Shown: positions 47,661-53,490 of the stretch, one piece after another | How the letters are laid out: each line of letters opens with the position of its first letter | Position numbering within the stretch: position 1 is the first letter of the stretch | Origin: a virus | Virus genome (UHGV): UHGV-1366525 | Strand: one strand, 5' to 3' | Length of the DNA stretch: 53,490 bases | Translations under genes and position numbers: made by a program | The notes under the pieces: generated by a model | What the model was told of the DNA's origin: nothing | Database searches by the model: none | What the model saw: only the letters and a program-made list of their open reading frames with translations

Positions 47661-48445
47661 TACCAACCACCTCCAATATGCAATGTACGTTGAGACCTGA
47701 AACTCGTATTGTCAATTCTTGCAAGGAATATCTCGTACTCATTTCTGAAAATCGCTGCCTTCTGTTCATCATCAATCTTCAAACATTGAGATACAATATA
47801 AGAAGGAATAGCATCACAAACATCAGCAGGAGCTGTGATTTTATCCGCGTCCGCGAGGTCTTTTGTGAAAAAGAACCAACGAGCATGATAAGGAATACGA
47901 TACTCACCATCACAATGACAAAGAACTTGGTTATAACCATAATACTCTATCACCTCATCACCCACCTCTTTGAATTTCGGCACATCTACGAGGACACCTT
48001 GGACAAAGAGAGGAGGTGCTTTGTACTCCGCAACATCATCACTGAACGAGATGAAATCCTCGGGAAACTCAATAGGCTCGTCTACGAAAGACAAAGTGTG
48101 CCATTTCTCCCAAAAGGCTTTCTTCTTCTCATACATATCATCACCGGGCATGGGCGTCATTTCTTTGTGTTCCGGACAATCACAATAAACACCAAACTCG
48201 TGAGTGTAATATTTCCAAGCATCATGTTTCTTCCATACTTTGACAATAAGGAATTCCTCATGTGGCATAATAGACGAGCAAATTTGTGTCATAGCCTCAT
48301 TTGCATAGTAAGGAAAGTTAGAGAGGAAGTTCTGCTGATTAGCTTCCTCTTCTGTCAGATTTAACTTTGCCAATGCGTTTTCTTTGATATAACCCCAAGT
48401 ATAATACATATAAACCTCACTTGCCGACTCGAACGGCATCATCAC
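47660..48445 (-). CDS. hypothetical virion protein (261 aa)
   Basis: ORF track. Follows hairpin element copy 5. Confidence 0.7.
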   Translation of the reverse strand: MMMPFESASEVYMYYTWGYIKENALAKLNLTEEEANQQNFLSNFPYYANEAMTQICSSIMPHEEFLIVKVWKKHDAWKYYTHEFGVYCDCPEHKEMTPMPGDDMYEKKKAFWEKWHTLSFVDEPIEFPEDFISFSDDVAEYKAPPLFVQGVLVDVPKFKEVGDEVIEYYGYNQVLCHCDGEYRIPYHARWFFFTKDLADADKITAPADVCDAIPSYIVSQCLKIDDEQKAAIFRNEYEIFLARIDNTSFRSQRTLHIGGGW

Positions 48446-48452
48446 TCTAATA

Positions 48453-48542
48453 GATTTTAAGATATAATAGGGATTCGTTTATATTTCTTGATGAGATATT
48501 CGAGAATCCCCGCGAATCCTCTCTATTATATCTTAAAATCCC
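48453..48542. repeat. palindromic hairpin element, copy 5
   Basis: Arms GATTTTAAGATATAATAGGG / CCTCTCTATTATATCTTAAAATCCC. Spacer carries GGATTCG...CGCGAATCC. Directly downstream of the capsid gene stop. Confidence 0.8.
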
Positions 48543-48621
48543 TAAAAGCGGCATTTTAAGATGATTCCCTTTAAGAGGATAAAAAGAGGACGACAATAGT
48601 TGCCGTCCTCTTGTGTTAGGG

Positions 48622-49890
48622 TTAAGCTCCAGCCGTTTCCGTGGTAACCGTGCCGACGACAGTCACAGGTTTCACGATTGTCGCAATCGGGGTGAGTTTC
48701 GTCATAGCCGCAAAACCGGTAACGGTCGAGACCGCGCCTGTATTGCTGACAGAAGGAGTGCTCACATCCGGTGCTGTCGTGCCGATATACACGTAAGCGA
48801 TACCGCGCCAGCTCGCAACGTTGATGTCAAACCGCTCACGAGCATCATAACTGATGCCATAAGGATTTTTCTTTTCATCAACGTTCATCGTGAGAGCAAT
48901 ACGTTGCGTGAACTCAGGTCCCTGATTTTCCGCATTGTACGCCTTATCAACGATGAAGAAACCAACGCCCTTGCCATTCGTCTTGTCAAAGACAGCCGGA
49001 ATATCACGGAGGTAAGGAGTCGTGTCAAGTTCTGCCGCCTTGAACGCTGGGTTCGGTCCGGTCTCTTTGAACATGTCCATAGAGAGCGCAGACTCAAGCA
49101 TTGCCTTCAGACGTGCATCGTTCGGAGCGACAATTCGCTTAGCCCCGATGACGCCGGCATACTTGTCATTGTCATCCTTGTAGTTCTCCATGATGGTAAT
49201 GACTTGATTGATGATGTCCGCGAGTTTCGCAATCTTGCCCGGGTCATTACCGCTGAGGTCAATACCTCCGTCAACATAGAACGAGTTAGATTGCTTGGCA
49301 TCAAAGAGTTGCTGAGCACTCATACCCTTTCTTTTGACAATGGTGTGGTTGTTGGTGAAAAGCGGGTTCTTCGTGGCAGTCATTAGCGCGCCATCAGCCG
49401 TGTCAGCAGAAGTCATCATCAGCTGACTCTCGCCGCCGTTACTCTCATCGCCAAAAGTAACAACCTTACCAAAGCCAGAGCCAATAGCTGCCATCGCGTA
49501 CTCAACTTGGTCACCGTGCCAACGAGTAATAAACTGATTAGCCGTATTCTTGACAGTATTGTAGGCTTGGTCCTCAAGCACTTGCTGAGTGATGATGAAT
49601 CCGCCTTGGAACGTACGAGTCGTATAAACCTTCGAGAAACCTTCATGTGTGTTGAAGATAGGCGCTACCGCATAATCCCCTGTCTCAGCAAACGCATGCT
49701 GGAATCCGATAGACGACGTATATGTCTCTTGGAATTTGTCGATAGTGCCGCGCTTAAACAAGAAATCAATCGGATTTTGACGCTCCCAGGCCTCTTGTTT
49801 ACGCTTGAGCATATCATTGATAGGTTCGCGCAGAACGTTATAGTCTGCTCTGTTCTCGAGTGCTTCAGCAATGTTAATAATCATTCCCAT
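48622..49890 (-). CDS. putative major capsid protein (422 aa)
   Basis: Assigned by position (follows a scaffold-like gene and a small head gene), by size and by AGGAGA RBS. Fold not verified. Confidence 0.55.
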   Translation of the reverse strand: MGMIINIAEALENRADYNVLREPINDMLKRKQEAWERQNPIDFLFKRGTIDKFQETYTSSIGFQHAFAETGDYAVAPIFNTHEGFSKVYTTRTFQGGFIITQQVLEDQAYNTVKNTANQFITRWHGDQVEYAMAAIGSGFGKVVTFGDESNGGESQLMMTSADTADGALMTATKNPLFTNNHTIVKRKGMSAQQLFDAKQSNSFYVDGGIDLSGNDPGKIAKLADIINQVITIMENYKDDNDKYAGVIGAKRIVAPNDARLKAMLESALSMDMFKETGPNPAFKAAELDTTPYLRDIPAVFDKTNGKGVGFFIVDKAYNAENQGPEFTQRIALTMNVDEKKNPYGISYDARERFDINVASWRGIAYVYIGTTAPDVSTPSVSNTGAVSTVTGFAAMTKLTPIATIVKPVTVVGTVTTETAGA

Positions 49891-49908
49891 AGTTAGTATC
49901 TCCTATTG

Positions 49909-50334
49909 TTAATTAGCCAAGACATCCATGCCATCAGCATCGGGAACAATATCGCCCCATTCGTAGATGGGATAAAGTCCAACCTTCTTGACAAGAGCAT
50001 CATCACCAGTAGCCGCAGCCGTTGCCTTCGTAGCGCCTACAAGCTCGCTCGGACGATAATCTTTTCTGTCAGTAGGTACATGCCCATCACCGATAGTCAT
50101 ATCAGTGAGAGCAACAATGTGTGTTGCCGTCTTTGCCGTCACTTGCGCAGCAGTTGCTTTCTTGATAGACGCCGGAACCGTAGAAGTCGCAGGCGTATAA
50201 ACAACAAAGTCATTGCGGCAGATGGCTGTCTTTCTGTTCGCAGAAGTAACTTCTGCGCCTTCATTCACAGCACCGACAACGACAACATCGAGCGGAATCA
50301 TTCTCTGCAAGTAAGCAGTCTTAAATTGTGCCAT
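49909..50334 (-). CDS. hypothetical head protein (141 aa)
   Basis: ORF track. Between the scaffold-like and capsid genes. Confidence 0.65.
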   Translation of the reverse strand: MAQFKTAYLQRMIPLDVVVVGAVNEGAEVTSANRKTAICRNDFVVYTPATSTVPASIKKATAAQVTAKTATHIVALTDMTIGDGHVPTDRKDYRPSELVGATKATAAATGDDALVKKVGLYPIYEWGDIVPDADGMDVLAN

Positions 50335-50345
50335 TTGTTTTCTCC

Positions 50346-51095
50346 TTAAATTGATTTAGTCATTTTGGACAATTCTTCGTCCGTAACATCCGGATTGAAC
50401 AAGCGATAAATATCTTTTTCTTTCTGCGTGAAGGGGCGCCTATTTCCTTCACTCATAGGTGGCGGTGCACCGTGTGGACTTTGCATGTGGCTGGTGGACG
50501 CTTTACTCTGTACACTCGCGACGCCTTTCTGCATCTCTCTTATCAACTCTTCACCCTTTAATTCAAGGTAAGCTGCTTTGAGTGAACCTTTCTGTTTCCA
50601 CAGCTCAACAACATCTTTCGGAACGTCCTCTAATTTAGAGATACGACCGTTCGTCAGAGTTTTGAGCTCTGCCAACTCATGTTTTGCCCACTCCATGGCT
50701 TTCTTTTCTTTGAGCTCTTCAAGCTCTTTCAACCGTGGGTCCTCAGCGAGCCGTTTTTGCACTATCTCTTCTACAACCGGAGCTACTTCGTCGGGGTCCA
50801 AACCCTTTTGTTCGAGCATGCTTTTCTCACGAGACTTAACGAGGTCCTCGTAACTCTCATAGCCAAGCTCTTTTGCCATATTATCACGCTCTTCTCTACG
50901 AGCTTTCGTAGTAGCCTCTTTTAGGCGATGAGCGAACGCTTGGGTCTCTGTGACATCAGGCTTTTTGCCTTCGTCGCCCTGAGTCTGGGGAGCAGTTTCT
51001 TGTTGTTCTTCATCAGCAGTCGGTGATTCTGCCCCTTCACTATTAAGGAACTGCTCAATGTCCTTAATAGTGAATTCGTTTGCACCAAATTCCAT
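50346..51095 (-). CDS. putative scaffolding protein (249 aa, highly charged and helical)
   Basis: Charged coiled-coil composition (KELEELKEKKAMEWAKHELAELK) and position upstream of the capsid gene. Confidence 0.5.
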   Translation of the reverse strand: MEFGANEFTIKDIEQFLNSEGAESPTADEEQQETAPQTQGDEGKKPDVTETQAFAHRLKEATTKARREERDNMAKELGYESYEDLVKSREKSMLEQKGLDPDEVAPVVEEIVQKRLAEDPRLKELEELKEKKAMEWAKHELAELKTLTNGRISKLEDVPKDVVELWKQKGSLKAAYLELKGEELIREMQKGVASVQSKASTSHMQSPHGAPPPMSEGNRRPFTQKEKDIYRLFNPDVTDEELSKMTKSI

Positions 51096-51183
51096 GTTGC
51101 ACTCTCCTCGACAGTTTTAGACGAATGTCGGTTGTCAGCCGTTTTGCAGTCTATCATTCTATTATATTACGGAAAAAGAGTTT

Positions 51184-51411
51184 TTATACACCTTTTAATT
51201 GTTCTTTAACGCGTTCACGCCGCAAAATTTCTCGTCTCTCGAACTCCTCTACTTTCGTACGCAGAGCGATAATCTCTTCTCTTTGTGCACTGACCTGTAA
51301 AGACAAATCACGATACAACTGGTCAAACAACTTCCGATTGTCCGTCTGCTGCTTTTTCAGCGTCCTGTCCATTTCCGATAACTTCGCCATCATTGCTGTC
51401 ATCTGGTCCAT
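51184..51411 (-). CDS. small coiled-coil protein (75 aa); uncertain
   Basis: ORF track. Overlaps 51323..51769 by 89 nt in another frame. Confidence 0.3.
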   Translation of the reverse strand: MDQMTAMMAKLSEMDRTLKKQQTDNRKLFDQLYRDLSLQVSAQREEIIALRTKVEEFERREILRRERVKEQLKGV

Positions 51412-51769
51412 TTTCGACTACCTCCTCTGCGATAAATTCTTGAGCGCTCACATCTGCGATTGCCGCAACCATCTGTTCGTTTTTGTCCATTCGCTCATTA
51501 AGCTTTTTCATCATAATCTGCAGCTCTTGCGCTTGCTGTTTGATGATGGCACTTTGCTCTAATACTTGTTGCCGAAGAGCCTCTTCTCGCTGATTCACAG
51601 CAGCAGTATTCTCTTTCACAAGTAAGGTCATACCCTTGCCTATTCTGCTCGCCTTCGATTTGACAATGAAGTAAAGAGCGTAGCCAAGGACGGTAAGAGC
51701 ATAAGATATAATAATCGGTATATGCTCTTGAATGTACTGTAGTACCTGTTCCCAACTCATTAGAACCAC
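51323..51769 (-). CDS. membrane-anchored coiled-coil protein (N-terminal TM, then coiled coil, then acidic tail); i-spanin-like architecture
   Basis: IPIIISYALTVLGYALYFIV transmembrane segment followed by a heptad-rich region. Confidence 0.5.
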   Translation of the reverse strand: MVLMSWEQVLQYIQEHIPIIISYALTVLGYALYFIVKSKASRIGKGMTLLVKENTAAVNQREEALRQQVLEQSAIIKQQAQELQIMMKKLNERMDKNEQMVAAIADVSAQEFIAEEVVENGPDDSNDGEVIGNGQDAEKAADGQSEVV

Positions 51770-52284
51770 TCCTTTTGGCTTTTCTTGCCAGTCATTTCTT
51801 CTACTTGTGACATAGTTTTCAATGTCGCTATGTCAACCATTTCGCTATTACTATCTGTGTACATTTTTGCCAATCGAGGAAACAAGATTTTGCCTATTAT
51901 GATTGCAAGACAGAGACAGACAATAGAGAGGACCATATAGGTTATCATCAGTCCGGAGAATAAAGCGGCACGTACATCAACATATCTGACTACAAAGCCA
52001 GAATTATTTTCACCGATGATTTCCCATTCACCCCATTTCTCAATGAGAGCCGCGTAATTTGCCTCTATCTGCTCACCAGAATAAACGTCTTTGTCAAGCA
52101 AATGCAGAATCTCCGTCACATTGCCGATACTATTTTTGCTCATTAGTATGACAAAGATTATCGTCAGGCCCATGAAAAACCAGAACATTATCGGGCTCAG
52201 CCTTTGGAATATCTTTGACTTTCTCTTGTTTACTTTGTACATCTGTTCCGCCGTCAGAGGCTGTTTTACTTTCTTCTCGTTCAT
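51760..52284 (-). CDS. membrane protein (174 aa); start uncertain
   Basis: TM segments IMFWFFMGLTIIFVILM and LMITYMVLSIVCLCLAIIIG. Overlaps the upstream gene by 155 nt, so an internal start is likely. Confidence 0.5.
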   Translation of the reverse strand: MNEKKVKQPLTAEQMYKVNKRKSKIFQRLSPIMFWFFMGLTIIFVILMSKNSIGNVTEILHLLDKDVYSGEQIEANYAALIEKWGEWEIIGENNSGFVVRYVDVRAALFSGLMITYMVLSIVCLCLAIIIGKILFPRLAKMYTDSNSEMVDIATLKTMSQVEEMTGKKSQKEWF

Positions 52285-53137
52285 CTTCTACCTCCTTTGA
52301 CGAATTGAACTCTTCAACTTCTTTCACAACCCATTCAGGTGTTTCCCAGTTTTTGAACTCTCGCCAGATTTCATTTATTTCATCAAGCTCATTAGGAACG
52401 CCAAACGCGCCTTTTTCATACTCTTTGATTATAGCAAGCACAGAAGTCATTGCCATGACAATGATGTAAGATAGTAACTTCACAAACTTTTGCCATAGGG
52501 GTTCTCCGCTAGGCGTGAAAAATAGACCTCTAGTCAAGAAAGTGATACCTATCATAAAGAACAAAGCTTTAACGATACCATTCATAGTTCTCTTAGCTCT
52601 ATGCTCTGCAAGAGTGAGTATCTGTCCTTTCTTATTATAGATAACCTCAGTAGTTGCCCATTTGATTCGATTGACAGTTAAGAAAACCCGTATCTTCTCA
52701 TACTTTCTGATGAGCCGCCGATTCTCTGATTGATACAAAGCTTTTTCAGAATGAAAATTGTTATTTACAAGGAATTCTTGCTTTTTAAGAGCAGTATGTC
52801 TACGATTATAAGTTTGCAAGAAATAAGGCATATACATTATTCTGTCATTTGCCGACTTAACCAAATCTCTATGCTCTTGATACTTTTTAGCCGTATTTTC
52901 TGTATTAAGACCTCTCTGTAAAGCTTGCTCACTCACACCTTGCTTGATAGACACTTGTATCATCGTGAGTGCAATACTCATAAAACTGATTGAGGTAAGA
53001 TTATCTTTGACATTCTGCCAATATTGCTCTGTCATAATCTCGCCCAAATCACCAAATGTCAATATTGCCAGAAGAACAAGACCAAAACTCGCGATAATCG
53101 TACCGATATTTTTGCGCAAGATGTTCATGAGTTTCAT
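52130..53137 (-). CDS. polytopic membrane protein (335 aa)
   Basis: Three to four hydrophobic helices (IIASFGLVLLAILTF, FMSIALTMIQVSI, ALFFMIGITFLT, LLSYIIVMAMTSVLAII). Acidic C-terminal tail. Confidence 0.7.
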   Translation of the reverse strand: MKLMNILRKNIGTIIASFGLVLLAILTFGDLGEIMTEQYWQNVKDNLTSISFMSIALTMIQVSIKQGVSEQALQRGLNTENTAKKYQEHRDLVKSANDRIMYMPYFLQTYNRRHTALKKQEFLVNNNFHSEKALYQSENRRLIRKYEKIRVFLTVNRIKWATTEVIYNKKGQILTLAEHRAKRTMNGIVKALFFMIGITFLTRGLFFTPSGEPLWQKFVKLLSYIIVMAMTSVLAIIKEYEKGAFGVPNELDEINEIWREFKNWETPEWVVKEVEEFNSSKEVEDEREESKTASDGGTDVQSKQEKVKDIPKAEPDNVLVFHGPDDNLCHTNEQK

Positions 53138-53139
53138 AG

Positions 53140-53469
53140 TTAATTACCTCGCCATAGATTCACATTGATACTTTCTACCTTATTATAATCTGGAACTTCT
53201 TTCGACAAAGAAACAGGCCCCATATAAACAGTATCTGTATCTTCGTAATTAAGAACTTCGCAAATAACGTTTCTTTCATTTATACTGATGATTTTACTCC
53301 TACAACGTTTAAGATGATTAAAGTTAAGGTCGAAGAGTGTTATTGTGAAGTGTGCTCCTTTTACAAGATACTTCTCTTGCAAGAGGCCGGTACCAAAACT
53401 GAATTTGGTACCAGCGCATATTGCATGTTCTACCGGAATATATTGTGTATTCCATTCACTACTAATCAT
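53140..53469 (-). CDS. hypothetical protein (109 aa)
   Basis: ORF track. GAGG-containing RBS region at 53470..53485. Confidence 0.6.
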   Translation of the reverse strand: MISSEWNTQYIPVEHAICAGTKFSFGTGLLQEKYLVKGAHFTITLFDLNFNHLKRCRSKIISINERNVICEVLNYEDTDTVYMGPVSLSKEVPDYNKVESINVNLWRGN

Positions 53470-53490
53470 TATGGTTACTCCTATAATACA

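Noticed and set aside
8505-48542. Could the five palindromic elements be a CRISPR array or its remnants
   Set aside because: They are not tandem but 7-12 kb apart, they are themselves long inverted repeats with variable loops, and there are no short uniform spacers and no cas genes (the Cas4-like gene is the phage DUF2800 type).
1-53490. Evidence of lysogeny (integrase, repressor, att site)
   Set aside because: No tyrosine or serine recombinase-like or CI-like ORF was recognised in this window. Lifestyle cannot be decided from this fragment.

Overview
The window is about 53.5 kb of a tailed dsDNA phage or prophage (Caudoviricetes-like) genome. It is AT-rich, gene-dense, and almost every gene start has a strong Shine-Dalgarno site, so the host translates via SD (Firmicutes-like, or another low-GC diderm); Bacteroidota are unlikely. 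There are three transcription blocks, all called by reading motifs without any database search.

- **Block 1 (1-11.2 kb, minus strand), packaging and fibres:** a possible small terminase, a small lipoprotein, a 59-aa ORF, the large terminase, a putative portal, two hypothetical proteins, and two adjacent paralogous collagen-like (G-X-Y) tail-fibre genes; the second runs off the window start.
- **Block 2 (11.7-32 kb, plus strand), early and replication genes:** many small Cys-rich zinc-ribbon proteins; a three-member paralogous family; an overlapping pair that looks like a MazE/MazF toxin-antitoxin module, with the MazF domain fused to a helix-turn-helix tail; an ATP-dependent DNA ligase; ThyX-like and pyrophosphohydrolase-like proteins; a free-standing C-terminal fragment of a primary sigma factor (regions 3.2 and 4); a Cas4-like nuclease and a DUF2815-like ssDNA-binding protein; a tRNA cluster (Pro, Met, Thr, Gln, and one aberrant tRNA-like sequence); a VRR-NUC nuclease with an SNF2 helicase; an AEP-primase/SF3-helicase fusion; and a family-B DNA polymerase.
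- **Block 3 (32-53.5 kb, minus strand), virion genes:** membrane proteins, a scaffold-like protein, a putative major capsid protein, large virion proteins, and a 3221-aa giant protein carrying two HExxH motifs. Its 3' end overlaps the plus-strand block convergently.

Non-coding structure that the genes do not explain:

1. Five copies of a conserved palindromic hairpin element (GGATTTTAAGATATAATAG, then about 45 nt, then CTATTATATCTTAAAATCC) sit in intergenic gaps roughly every 7-12 kb.
2. A perfect 35-bp inverted repeat brackets a 1.1-kb three-gene cassette.
3. A roughly 280-bp AT-rich imperfect palindrome with two upstream 53-bp iterons is a candidate origin of replication.
4. A 24-bp tandem repeat and a shared TTGTCGTATAAAAYT motif lie upstream of two late genes.

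No integrase, repressor or CRISPR array is visible in this window.
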